Positions 27,922 to 38,045 of a stretch of 64,000 bases of DNA are shown here, piece after piece. The notes beneath the pieces are model-generated. The model saw only the letters and a program-made list of their open reading frames with translations. It did not search any database and had not been told where the DNA came from. The position numbers and the translations under genes were made by a program. Within the stretch, counting starts at the first letter, position 1, and every line of letters begins with the position of its first letter. Origin of the DNA: Candidatus Eiseniibacteriota bacterium (GTDB lineage Bacteria; Eisenbacteria; RBG-16-71-46); NCBI GenBank assembly GCA_963744995.1, contig CAVUWA010000005.1:352001-416000 (forward strand), in the 5' to 3' direction.

Positions 27922-30798
27922 TCAGCCGGGCGGGGACTGGCCCCGGAGGCGAATCAGAAGCATCGCGATCGCGCCCACGAACACCATCAGCACCACGAGC
28001 ATCGCGGGCGGTGGCCATGGACTCTTCCTGGTGAGGCCCACCCGAGTCGCGGGATTTCCCACCACGACGTAGCCGGCCCAGAATCGCGGATCTCGAAATC
28101 TGGCCTGCTTCGCCAGGTCGCGCTGGGCTCTGCCGACGGCGTCTCCCACCGTGAGACCGTCCGCGAGCCCTTCGTAGAATTCCCGGGTGAAGTAGGCGGT
28201 CGCCCGATCGTCCACGGGCCATAGCGTCGCCACGACGGTCGGAGCTCCCGCAGCCAGAAACGCGGTCGCCATGCCGGCCACGCCCTCCCCGGCCAGCACG
28301 GCCTCCCCGATCGTCGTGCACGATGCCAGCACTACCAGTTGCGCACGGATGCTCATGGAGGCCACCCGGTCGGCGCGGAGTTCGGGCTCGCCCTCGGGGC
28401 CATCGAGCGAGAGACGCACGGCGGACCGCCACGGTGCCCCATCATCGGCTCGCATGTGGCCTGCGAGGTGCAGTACGTCGCTTTCGGGCCAGGGGCGACC
28501 CTCCACCGGTTTGTTGGGATCCATGGCGATGGCGCCCTCGAAGTGCTTCGAGAGCCAGGACACCTCATTGCGGGCCCCGGCCAGCGGCCGCTCATTCCCC
28601 GGCGCGTTCGTGCCTGCGCAGGCCAGCAGGGTTTCGATGGGGCGCGGGTGGGTCGCCCGTCGCGCGAGCGCAAGTACCGTTGCCGAAGGAACCACCGACA
28701 CGGGAGGCGTGGCGGCAACATCTCCATCGAAAGCCGCCGCCGCAACGAGCAATCGGAACGGCGCGAGGTGCAGCGCCCCCTCCGGCGCGACCACGACGCT
28801 CGAGGCCGTTTGCAGCAGCTCGGCGACGGGCCCGAGAACGACATCGGCGATCGCCTTTGTCGTCGCCCGAACATCGCTCGTGACCACGTCTGGATCGATG
28901 AGAAGCTGGCGCCACTCGCGGACCTGCTGCGCCAGGGTCCTAGCGGGAAGTTCGATCGGGAAGTACCGAATACGATCCCGGTTGATTGCGAACGCACCGC
29001 ACCCGGCATCCGACATCCGCAGGTCGACGAGCAACTCTCCGGGCAAGAGCACCTTCTGCTGAAGCGTGACCGCCCGAATCGCCTCGTCGCTGCCCGTGCT
29101 GTCCACCGCCTGACTGGCGAGGCGGTCCACGAGATTCAGCGCCTTGTAGCGCTCGGCGACATCGAACGCTTTCGCAACGCCCTGGATGGTCGTGTCTCCA
29201 CCGGCCAGCGAAATCATGCTTGCCCCGGCGATTTCGGCACCGATGGTGGCGAGACGTTCGCGAAACTCGTTCGTTCCGCTTCGACGCCGCGCCTCCCGCC
29301 AGCTCTCGCCAGCCGCCTCCAGGTACCGGGCGGTGTTCACGAAGCGTCCAACGCTCTGTGCGGCCCGAGCACGACCTACCAGGAGTTCGGCCTTGAAGGT
29401 ATGAAAGGGCTCGGCACTCGAGCGGCGCAGAGCCTCCGCGAAGTACGCATCCGCAGCGCCGGGACGGCCGGCATCGAGAAGAACGGATCCCGCACGGAGA
29501 CGAAGATACGAAGCTCGGTTCACCGAGGCTTCGTCGGCAAGGGGCAGATAGGCCTGCACGGTCGCGAGTGCCGCATCGAGGCTGTCCATCATCCACAGGT
29601 TGTCCGCGACGGTGGCGGCCGCAGACAGCGTCGTGACGGCCAGCCCGGGATTCGGCCGCGAGAGAATCCTGCGCAGTCGACGGTTTGATTCCGCATAGCT
29701 GCGAAGATTGCTGAGCGCCCAGCCCGAAACCAGTCGGGATCCGTTGGCCAGCACGACTTCTCCGATCTCCTCGGCGATCGTCGTTGCAGAGTCCGCCAGC
29801 AGCACGGCCTCGTTCAGTCTCTGGAGCCTGACGAGGGCGTGGGCACGCCGCTCCATGAGCCAGGCGCGTCTCCGTGGATTCGCGCCTCTTCGAACGACGG
29901 AGTCGAGGCTCGCGTACACGCGCAGGGCCCGCTCGTTGTATTGCTCGCGTGTCTCGAAAGCGCCCAGGTTTGCAAGCAGGGAGAACAGCACTTCGTCCCT
30001 TCCCGACGCGCGGGCGCGTGCGACCCCGCGCTCGAACAGGCGACGCGCCCGGTCCGGGTGACCGCTCTCGACGGCAGCGATGGCCCGATACTGCAGCGTC
30101 TTCGCTTCTTCCGTGACAAGGTCTTCGGCTTCCATGACGGGCTGCGCGGCCGCGAGGAGTGATTCGGCAAGGGGGACCTGCCCCATGAAGAGCCGGAGTG
30201 TGCCCTCCCGCAGATCGGCGGCAGCTTCCCAGCGCCGAGAACCGATCCGACGTGCGAGCAGCCGCAATCGATCGTTCGTGGCCAGCGCCTCGGACCGCCG
30301 TCCAAGAAGCTGCTGGGCGCTGGAGCGTTGCTCCAGGGCAGCGCACTCCCCTTCTGCGTCGTCGATGCTCCGGGCTGCTTCGATCGCCAGTTCGAGGGTC
30401 TCGAGGCGATCGGCCTGTCTCGACTGCTGATCGAGCAGAGCCGCCTGAGCGAGAAGAAGAGCGAGTCTCGCGCGATCGTCCTGTGCCCGGTCAGCCTCGA
30501 CTCGCAGCGACTCCAGAGTCGCCGCCCACCGGTGGAGGCGATCGCCCGCGGGCATTGCTGTCACGGAGTCGGTCAGTGCCACGACTCGCGCCTGGAACCC
30601 CGAGGGCGATGGCGCAGCGAGACCAGTCGCGCCATGCACGAGTGCCGCGACACCAAGGCTGGTGAAGAGGACGTGCCGAATTCGAGGGGGCAGGCGGTCC
30701 AAGGCGAAGTCCGATGGAAGGGAGGGCTCCCGTGGGCCATCGTACACATCGAACCCGGGAAGCTCCACCGGAACGTGTCCGCAGGCGTCGGCAGACAT
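27922..30798 (-). CDS. TPR-CHAT domain caspase-like protease with C-terminal TM
   Basis: TPR-like helices; HLAGH, LASC, TLWPVDD and FWAGY motifs; hydrophobic C-terminus; start uncertain (TTG30702 possible). Confidence 0.88.
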   Translation of the reverse strand: MSADACGHVPVELPGFDVYDGPREPSLPSDFALDRLPPRIRHVLFTSLGVAALVHGATGLAAPSPSGFQARVVALTDSVTAMPAGDRLHRWAATLESLRVEADRAQDDRARLALLLAQAALLDQQSRQADRLETLELAIEAARSIDDAEGECAALEQRSSAQQLLGRRSEALATNDRLRLLARRIGSRRWEAAADLREGTLRLFMGQVPLAESLLAAAQPVMEAEDLVTEEAKTLQYRAIAAVESGHPDRARRLFERGVARARASGRDEVLFSLLANLGAFETREQYNERALRVYASLDSVVRRGANPRRRAWLMERRAHALVRLQRLNEAVLLADSATTIAEEIGEVVLANGSRLVSGWALSNLRSYAESNRRLRRILSRPNPGLAVTTLSAAATVADNLWMMDSLDAALATVQAYLPLADEASVNRASYLRLRAGSVLLDAGRPGAADAYFAEALRRSSAEPFHTFKAELLVGRARAAQSVGRFVNTARYLEAAGESWREARRRSGTNEFRERLATIGAEIAGASMISLAGGDTTIQGVAKAFDVAERYKALNLVDRLASQAVDSTGSDEAIRAVTLQQKVLLPGELLVDLRMSDAGCGAFAINRDRIRYFPIELPARTLAQQVREWRQLLIDPDVVTSDVRATTKAIADVVLGPVAELLQTASSVVVAPEGALHLAPFRLLVAAAAFDGDVAATPPVSVVPSATVLALARRATHPRPIETLLACAGTNAPGNERPLAGARNEVSWLSKHFEGAIAMDPNKPVEGRPWPESDVLHLAGHMRADDGAPWRSAVRLSLDGPEGEPELRADRVASMSIRAQLVVLASCTTIGEAVLAGEGVAGMATAFLAAGAPTVVATLWPVDDRATAYFTREFYEGLADGLTVGDAVGRAQRDLAKQARFRDPRFWAGYVVVGNPATRVGLTRKSPWPPPAMLVVLMVFVGAIAMLLIRLRGQSPPG

Positions 30799-30839
30799 CC
30801 GCGGATGAGACCGCCTCGGCTAGGCGGTAGCCGCGCTGT

Positions 30840-31535
30840 TCATCGGGGCATCTCGATTTGGAGGTGCGGGGAGCGGGCCAGCACCAGTCCGCCCCGAAGC
30901 GCAGTCAGCCGCCAGTAAGCCGCGCGGTTCTCGTCCTCTGCGCGGAACAGCTGGGTGTTCTCCAGCACGAGCGCAGTGTCTGCGACGGTGACGGGAGGCC
31001 GCGCCGGAAGCATGTGCGCGGTCAGGAATTGCACCTCGTAGTGGTCGGCGCCTTCCACCCCGTTCCAGCTGAATCTCACCCGGTCTCCCTCGAATCGAGG
31101 GGGCGCGACCTGCAATTCGATCGGTTCGGGCCCTCTCGTCGTTCCCTCGCGGTCGAGCCAGCCGGGCAGGACGAACACTCCGATCACGACGACCGCAGCC
31201 GCGGCGGCCAGCGCAATGCCCCAACCGGCAGGCGTGACGCGCGGGCCGAATCGCGATCCGGCCCCAGCGGATGCGGAGCGTGCGGCGTCGGGCGATGCGT
31301 CGAGCTCACGGGCCGTCGAGCCCAGCGCCTCGTCCAGCGCCGCCATCATGCGCTGAACGGCTTCGTCCGTTCGCGCGCCTTCGGGTGGCGCGCCCGAGTG
31401 CAGGAACTCCCGCAGCGCGATGAACCGCACCCACTGCTCCGGGTCACGGCGAAGCGCCTGCACCTCGGGATGGTCATCGGGCAGGGCCACGAGATCCGCC
31501 AGTCGATCGTCGATCCTGCCTTCAGACTCGGTCAC
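30840..31535 (-). CDS. Putative anti-sigma factor (TM plus FN3-like domain)
   Basis: GTGA overlap with the ECF stop; one TM; 'FSWNGVEGADHYEVQF..YWRLTA'. Confidence 0.65.
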   Translation of the reverse strand: MTESEGRIDDRLADLVALPDDHPEVQALRRDPEQWVRFIALREFLHSGAPPEGARTDEAVQRMMAALDEALGSTARELDASPDAARSASAGAGSRFGPRVTPAGWGIALAAAAAVVVIGVFVLPGWLDREGTTRGPEPIELQVAPPRFEGDRVRFSWNGVEGADHYEVQFLTAHMLPARPPVTVADTALVLENTQLFRAEDENRAAYWRLTALRGGLVLARSPHLQIEMPR

Positions 31536-32191
31536 GGCCCCCTCCTCGCCCGCCCCTGCCCGCGGGACAGCGCCGCCCTCAGCTTCTTGCGCGCGGACTG
31601 AAGCACACCGCGAGCCCCGGATGCCGCACGAATGTTCAGCACGCGGGTGATGTCGTCTACCGGAAGCCCTTCCTCGCTGCGGAGCAGGAGCGCAGCCATC
31701 TCGATGGGGTCCAGGACGTCCTTCATCACGCCCAGCAAGCGGCGTTCTTCATCATGGTGCGCCGCCTCGGACGCAGGATCGACGGTGTCCGCAGCAATGG
31801 AGTCTGGTTCCGTGTCGTCCGTGAGCAGGCGCCGCCGGGCCACCATCAGGCGCAAGCAGCGTCGCCGAACCACCGTGTACAGCCATGTCGAGAACCGCGA
31901 GCGTTCCTCGAAGCCCGTGAGATCGTGGAGCGCCGTGATCATGGCCTCCTGCGCGAGGTCCAGCGCGGTGTCGTGATCCCGGGCGATCCTCAGACACCAG
32001 TGGTAGATGCGCGGCGCATAGCGCGCGAACAGCCTGCCAGCGGCCCGGCGCCCGACCTCGGTACCCCGCGAACGCTGGTACTCGGCCACGAGGGCCTCGT
32101 CGCTCGGCTCACCCGCCCTGGCGTCTGCCAGTCCGTGTGGGACATCCCGCCCGGCGGATGTCACGGCAGATTCGTTCGGTCGCTCCGGCAT
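31532..32191 (-). CDS. ECF sigma-70 factor
   Basis: 'ALDLAQEAM', 'FEERSRFSTWLY', region 4. Confidence 0.88.
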   Translation of the reverse strand: MPERPNESAVTSAGRDVPHGLADARAGEPSDEALVAEYQRSRGTEVGRRAAGRLFARYAPRIYHWCLRIARDHDTALDLAQEAMITALHDLTGFEERSRFSTWLYTVVRRRCLRLMVARRRLLTDDTEPDSIAADTVDPASEAAHHDEERRLLGVMKDVLDPIEMAALLLRSEEGLPVDDITRVLNIRAASGARGVLQSARKKLRAALSRGQGRARRGP

Positions 32192-32391
32192 CCCGTGGAT
32201 AGTGCCACAACGGCCGGGACTCCCGGGAGATCCAGGACTGGCAAGGCGGCCGGCGCCGCGCACGCGATGCACATTCTCGTGACGAAGAGCTCCCGGCGTG
32301 TCCCACAGGGTCAGCGTACGCCCCCCGGGCCCACGCCCATGAGACGAATCCACGATCTGCCGCGCCCCTGGACACCAAGGGAGGACAAGGC

Positions 32392-35300
32392 ATGCAACAC
32401 CGTCGACTCGAGTTCGCCTTCGTTGCGGCTGTCGCCGTCGCAGTCGCCCTCACCGCGTTCCCCGCCGCCGGTCGCACGGCAACCCTGGCTGGCACGGACA
32501 TCGCGTCCAACCCCCAGCGCGACCGGCGTTCGATCGCGCCGCTCGATCCAACGGGTCGCCCCGCCGACAGCGCCGCGCCGGCGGGCGAGGACAGGGACAA
32601 CGGACGTATCGACGCTCGCTCGGCCGCTCCAGGCCTGACCAGCGGGCTGGGCCGCGAGGCCTGGACTTCGCTGCAGAACGAGATACGACGCCGAGCTCGT
32701 CCCGCGTCGGTGACGGCCGTCAGCGAAGTCGGGGGAACCGATGTGCTCGTGGGCACCTCGGATTACCTGTTCTATTCCGCCATCGACGTGGCCTCCAACG
32801 GCGACATCTATGTCGCGGTCCAGGACCTGGAGCTCAATCCACACGTGATTCGCGTGTGGCGTTCCACCGATGGAGGCAACACGTGGAGCGTCTGGGGAAC
32901 CATCTCCAACGGCGGGAACAACTCCTTCGGGTGGAATCTCGATCTCCACATCGCCGAGGGAAGCCCTGCGCGGGTGTTCGTCTGCTGGCACCTGTCGACC
33001 GAGGCTCGCGTCGCCTATTCGCCGCTGGGAGGTCCATCCGCTTCGTGGACCGCCCAGACCGCCATTACCCTCCCCGGGGGCTTTGTCCACAACGTACGGA
33101 TCACGAGCGATGCCGACGAGTATCCCATCGGCTACTTCGTCTACCTCATCGCCGGCGAGCTCCGTACGGGCGGCGCCGTCCGTCTGGCCCGTTCGATCGA
33201 CCAGGGAAACACCTATGAGCCGCCCTACGTCATCGGCACCGCGTCCGGCGGCGCTCCCGCCTACCCGGCCATCGACTACGCAAACGACATTCTGCACGTG
33301 GCCTGGCATGCCGACACACCGACGGAGTGGCGTGTCGAGCACCGCCGCGCAACGAACTACGCCGCATCCATCTCGGATTGGGGACCGATCAACGTCCTCC
33401 TGCAGAGCCCTCGACCGGACACGACCAGCTATAGCCTGACCTCTATCGCAGCCTCGAGGGTCTCGAACAACGTCGCGCTCAGCGTCGTGCGATACGGATG
33501 TCAGCTTGCCGGGTGCTCTCCGCCGGACGAGCACGATGTGATCGTTCGCACGTCATCCGACGGCGGCCTGACCTGGCCTCCGGGGAACGAAGTGCGGCTT
33601 CTCGAGCTGGAATCGACTTCGCTCGAAGCTGCCCCCGGAGGCGGGTTCGCACTCGTCGGAACCCGGAGGAGCCCACCGCACGACATCGTGCTCTGCCGCG
33701 CCACCGATGCGCTCCCACTGGAATGGGACCGCAGAGTCATCGTCGACCGACCCACGCAATTCACCATCGCGCGCGGCATGCCCGATCCAAGCCACGGGGG
33801 ACAGGTCGCCGTCACCTGGAACACGGTGGGGGTCCACCCGGACAGCCTGTGGGTGGACGCGGAGTGGCGGGGGGCGCCGGGGGTTCCCAACATCGAGGGA
33901 GGCGGCCCCTGGCCCCTTTTCGCTGGGGGCGCGACGCCGCCTGCTCTCGGCGAGCTGGACGGCGACCCTCAGCTGGAGATCGTGTTCGGCGCGGAAGACG
34001 GATTCATCGAGGCATTCAACCACGACGGAACCATTGTGCCGGGCTGGCCGCAGTTCACCGGACTGTTTCCTCCTCACATTCCCAGGAATGCCACCATCGC
34101 AGTGAGCGATCTCGACCTGGACGGCCGAAGCGAGGTCATCGCAGGAGACGCCTCCGGGAACGTCCACGTGAGAAGCCAGTCCGGCGCCCCGCGACCCGGC
34201 TGGCCTGTTTCCATTTCGGGCGATCCGGTGTTCGTCTCCGTCGGCAGGTTCTCCAGTGACATGCATGGTCAGATCGTGGCGGTGACCACGGACCAGGTGA
34301 CGGTCCTCGAACCGGATGGAAGCGTCGCCCCGGGGTGGCCGAATCCGACGGCGGGTCTGCCTGCAGGGGCCGCTGCAATCGGTGACGTCGACGACGATGG
34401 AACGATCGAGATCGTCGTCGCGTCCGCCTCCAAGCTGCAGATCTTCGCCCCTGACGGAACGACCGAAGCCGTGCTCGGGGTCGCGGGGACGATCAGCGAC
34501 CAGCCGTCGCTCGCCGACATGGACGTGGACGGCGACCTGGAAATCGCCGTGCCGACAATCGAGGGCGTCGTGCACTTCATTCACCACTCCGGCGCGCCCC
34601 TGGCCGGCACATGGCCGTTCGTCGGTTCGACGGCGACACCGATTCCTTCTGTCGCGCTGGCGCACATGCGGGCCAACGACATCGACGCGGTCGTCGCCGA
34701 GCGCGATGGAGTCGTGCACATGCTCGACGCGTCGGGCGCCGAGTGGTCGGGGTGGCCCAACACCACCAGCACCGGCTGGTTCCTGATTGGCGGCCCCACC
34801 GTCGACTATGTGGAGGGAGCCAGTCCCGACGCCGTCATTGGAGGCCGCGGATCGGAGGGATACGGTTGGGACAATCTTGGGAGCGCGATTGGCGGCTGGC
34901 CGGTCGGACTCGCGGGCCAGTGCGAGGTCAGCCCGGCAAGCGCCGACATCGACCAGGACGGGCACCTCGAGGTGGTCTTCGTCACCCACACACACCTGCA
35001 CGTATTCGACGTCGGCAACCCACCGAGATTCACCGACATCGCCTCGACGTGGCCCATGTACGGCCACGATGCTGAACGGACCGCCTGTCTCGCCTGCCAG
35101 GATGGCGTCTTCCCCGTGGCAGTTGATCCCCCTGCCGGCGAGATCACACGCCTCCGGCTGGCCGCCCCCTATCCCAGTCCATCGACCGGCCACGTCACCT
35201 TCGATTTCGCCGTGCCGACCGACGCGCACGTTCGTCTCGACGTGATCGATGTCAGCGGACGCCGGATCGGGACACTCTTGTCGCGGGAGGTGCAGGCCGG

Positions 35301-35421
35301 TTCGCATCGATGGACCTGGAACGGGCTCGTCGAGGGCCACAGGCTCCCTGCGGGCATCTACTTCGCACGGCTCGACGCAGGCGCCGAGTCCACGAGTCGA
35401 CGCGTGGTGGTCCTGCCCTGA
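32392..35421 (+). CDS. Large secreted protein: Asp-box propeller, FG-GAP-like repeats, FlgD-Ig/T9SS-like CTD
   Basis: GGAGG RBS; signal peptide; SxDGGxTW boxes; DxDGDxxxEIV and PGWP repeats; 'PYPSP..DVSGRRI..AGIYFARL'. Confidence 0.85.
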   Translation: MQHRRLEFAFVAAVAVAVALTAFPAAGRTATLAGTDIASNPQRDRRSIAPLDPTGRPADSAAPAGEDRDNGRIDARSAAPGLTSGLGREAWTSLQNEIRRRARPASVTAVSEVGGTDVLVGTSDYLFYSAIDVASNGDIYVAVQDLELNPHVIRVWRSTDGGNTWSVWGTISNGGNNSFGWNLDLHIAEGSPARVFVCWHLSTEARVAYSPLGGPSASWTAQTAITLPGGFVHNVRITSDADEYPIGYFVYLIAGELRTGGAVRLARSIDQGNTYEPPYVIGTASGGAPAYPAIDYANDILHVAWHADTPTEWRVEHRRATNYAASISDWGPINVLLQSPRPDTTSYSLTSIAASRVSNNVALSVVRYGCQLAGCSPPDEHDVIVRTSSDGGLTWPPGNEVRLLELESTSLEAAPGGGFALVGTRRSPPHDIVLCRATDALPLEWDRRVIVDRPTQFTIARGMPDPSHGGQVAVTWNTVGVHPDSLWVDAEWRGAPGVPNIEGGGPWPLFAGGATPPALGELDGDPQLEIVFGAEDGFIEAFNHDGTIVPGWPQFTGLFPPHIPRNATIAVSDLDLDGRSEVIAGDASGNVHVRSQSGAPRPGWPVSISGDPVFVSVGRFSSDMHGQIVAVTTDQVTVLEPDGSVAPGWPNPTAGLPAGAAAIGDVDDDGTIEIVVASASKLQIFAPDGTTEAVLGVAGTISDQPSLADMDVDGDLEIAVPTIEGVVHFIHHSGAPLAGTWPFVGSTATPIPSVALAHMRANDIDAVVAERDGVVHMLDASGAEWSGWPNTTSTGWFLIGGPTVDYVEGASPDAVIGGRGSEGYGWDNLGSAIGGWPVGLAGQCEVSPASADIDQDGHLEVVFVTHTHLHVFDVGNPPRFTDIASTWPMYGHDAERTACLACQDGVFPVAVDPPAGEITRLRLAAPYPSPSTGHVTFDFAVPTDAHVRLDVIDVSGRRIGTLLSREVQAGSHRWTWNGLVEGHRLPAGIYFARLDAGAESTSRRVVVLP

Positions 35422-35509
35422 GCGACGAGGGAAAGCGCGCGCGGTTTCGACGGAAACGGTGAACCAGCAGGAAGCCCCTCTTGCAAACCACGCGTAACCG
35501 GTAAGCCGT

Positions 35510-35770
35510 GGGGAAGCGGAGCGTCGTGGTTCCGGAGAACGGATTGGGCTGATTCTGCTCAAGGGCGAAGGATGTCGGCAGCCTCGGTTCGTTGCTGCGG
35601 ATGCCGCGCGCCTCGCCGGCGCCCCCCGCGATCCTGCCTACGACCAGCAGGTAGACCTGCTCTCCTTCCACCTGCTGCTGGGCGCGAACGCGCTGCAGAA
35701 GGCGCGCAACTCGGCGCGCAGCATCGAAGAGGGTCGGACGCACCCCATCCAGTTCGTCTGTCGCAGGTCG
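35510..35770 (-). pseudogene. Remnant of a CTD-bearing secreted protein gene
   Basis: 'LPTSFALEQNQPNPFSGTTTLRF' then abrupt loss of the CTD pattern; no credible start. Confidence 0.55.
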
Positions 35771-36182
35771 GCCTGAGAGAGATCGGATCCATGCGACGAG
35801 CCGATTGATAGCGGCGCGGCCCCAGAGGCCCCGGAGCGTAGTGCACAACCCGGTTCGCGCGGCGAGCCCGGGGTCGCCCGAGGAGCCCGGGGTCATCCGG
35901 CGTCCACCTCTCCACGCGCAGCGCCGATCGCTCGCCGCTTCCGACCGGGTGCTGCAGCCACGCGCAGAACCGCGACAGCCGGCTGCTGGTGCGGCGTCGT
36001 ACGTGCCGGCGCAGACCGGACGAAACGCCCCATGATCGGTCAAGGCGCCTCGAAGCCACGGGCCCGCCGGAAGGGCTGAACTCCCCGCCCTCACGCGGCC
36101 GACGGCGCGCGGCCGCGGCGGACGCGCCCAACTCCCGGCTTGGCTCCGGTCTTCCCCGCCCTTAGAGTGCCGGGCGACCGCC

Positions 36183-37409
36183 ATGCTCAACTGGATCTGG
36201 GCAGCTTTCTTCCTCATCGCGTTCGTGGCCGCCGTGGTGCAGGCGCTGGCCGGTCACCCCGACGTGTTCCGCGACGTGGTCGGGGCGCTGTTCGATTCGG
36301 CGAAGACCGGCTTCGAGATCTCCCTCGGCCTCACCGGCGTGATGAGCCTGTGGCTCGGCCTCATGAAAGTGGGCGAGCGCGGCGGCGTGATCGAAGGCAT
36401 CGCGCGGCTCGTGGGCCCGCTGTTCCGTCGCCTCTTTCCCGGCATTCCCGAGCGCCATCCCGCTTCGGGCGCGATCGTGATGAACCTCTCGGCCAACGTG
36501 CTGGGGCTCGACAACGCCGCGACCCCGCTCGGTCTCAAGGCGATGAAGGAGCTGCAGAGCCTCAATCGCGAACCCGACACCGCCACCAACGACATGATCA
36601 TGTTCATGGTGCTGAACGCCTCGTCGGTGACGCTGCTGCCGATCACGATCTTCACCTTCCGCGCGCAGATGGGCGCCCACGATCCGACCGACGTCTTCAT
36701 TCCGATCCTGATCGCCACGTACTGCAGCACCCTGGCCGGTCTGCTGGTGACGGCCGCGGTACAGCGCGTGAACCTGTGGAACCGTGCGGTGGTGGGCTGG
36801 CTGGCGACGCTGACGGTCGTGATCGGCGGGCTGGTCGCGTACTTCGCGCGCCTCGCTCCGGACGAGGTCAACCGCCAGAGCGCACTGCTCGCCAACGCGC
36901 TGCTGCTGGGCGTGATCGTCGCATTCCTCCTCGCGGGCGCGCGCCGCAAGGTGCCGCTCTACGAGGCGTTCATCGAGGGGGCGAAGGAAGGCTTCACCGT
37001 CGCCATCGGCATCGTCCCCTATCTGGTCGCGATCCTGGTGGCGGTCGGCGCCCTGCGCGCGAGCGGGGCGCTCGAGGCCGCCCTCGGCGCGATCCGCGCC
37101 GGCGTCGCGGGACTCGGCATCGACAACCGCTGGGTGGACGCCATGCCCACCGCGCTCATCAAGCCCCTGTCGGGGGGCGGCGCGCGCGGGCTCATGGTCG
37201 AGACCATGAAGACGCTCGGCCCCGATTCGTTCGCGGGCCGGCTCGCCTGCGTGATCCAGGGCAGCACCGAGACCACGTTCTACGTGCTCGCGGTCTACTT
37301 CGGCTCGGTGGGCGTGCGGAAGTCACGGCACGCTCTCGCCTGCGCGCTCAGCGCCGATGCCGCGGGGGTCGCCGGCGCGATCGCGGTGAGCTATCTGTTC
37401 TTCCGGTAG
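36183..37409 (+). CDS. SpmA/SpmB fusion (nucleoside recognition/Gate domain) membrane protein
   Basis: 'NLSANVLGLDNAATPLGLKAM', 'KPLSGGG', 'GSTETTFY'. Confidence 0.92.
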   Translation: MLNWIWAAFFLIAFVAAVVQALAGHPDVFRDVVGALFDSAKTGFEISLGLTGVMSLWLGLMKVGERGGVIEGIARLVGPLFRRLFPGIPERHPASGAIVMNLSANVLGLDNAATPLGLKAMKELQSLNREPDTATNDMIMFMVLNASSVTLLPITIFTFRAQMGAHDPTDVFIPILIATYCSTLAGLLVTAAVQRVNLWNRAVVGWLATLTVVIGGLVAYFARLAPDEVNRQSALLANALLLGVIVAFLLAGARRKVPLYEAFIEGAKEGFTVAIGIVPYLVAILVAVGALRASGALEAALGAIRAGVAGLGIDNRWVDAMPTALIKPLSGGGARGLMVETMKTLGPDSFAGRLACVIQGSTETTFYVLAVYFGSVGVRKSRHALACALSADAAGVAGAIAVSYLFFR

Positions 37410-37467
37410 GGCACGCCGGGGCGGCCGCGAGCGGTCGCGACGGGCCGATGACGATGGAGGTTCCAGA

Positions 37468-38017
37468 ATGCGGAACCGATCATGGAGAAGTATCGCCGGG
37501 GCTCTCACCCTGATGGCCGCTCTGCCGGGCGCGGCGACGGCCCAGTGCTTCATCGACCAGCCCACTTTCACAGCGAGCAGAACCGCCACCTCCGCTCAGA
37601 TCATCGGGCAGTCCTTCCGCGCGTGCCAGAGCGGAGTCGTAGACCAGCATCGCCTGCTACTTCACGGACACGCCCTTCCGGCTGCTGGTCCGGTTCGAGG
37701 CCGGAACGGACCTGAAGGCCCCCGACTACACGCAGGAGGTCGGTTTCCCGTACCAGCAATCGATGATCCCGCTCGTCGATCCTTTCCCCGTCGTCGAGGG
37801 CGGCGTGTACTCGTTCGGACTGAGCACCTTGAACGGCCCGATGGGGTTGCTCCTGAATCCCGCGGAACGCTATGCCGATGGGGCGTTCTACTTCTTCGAC
37901 GGCACGACGACCAGCGAACAGCCTGGAGACCTCGCCTTCGTCGTGAGGATCGAGCCGCATGCTCCGGTCCCGGTCAGGCGATGGACCTGGGGCGCCGCAA
38001 AGGCGGCGTACCGTTAG
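37468..38017 (+). pseudogene. Small secreted protein with TWGxxK tail; one extra base near 37642 (or sequencing error)
   Basis: GGAGG RBS and signal peptide; coding-like frame resumes at 37643 and ends 'VRRWTWGAAKAAYR*'. Confidence 0.7.
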
Positions 38018-38045
38018 TCCCGCGAGCCGCCTGGACTCGGGCGCA

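Noticed and set aside
35790..36180. Possible RNA or gene in the gap before spmAB
   Set aside because: Only a short duplicated gagcccggggtc and GC-rich stems; nothing I can support.
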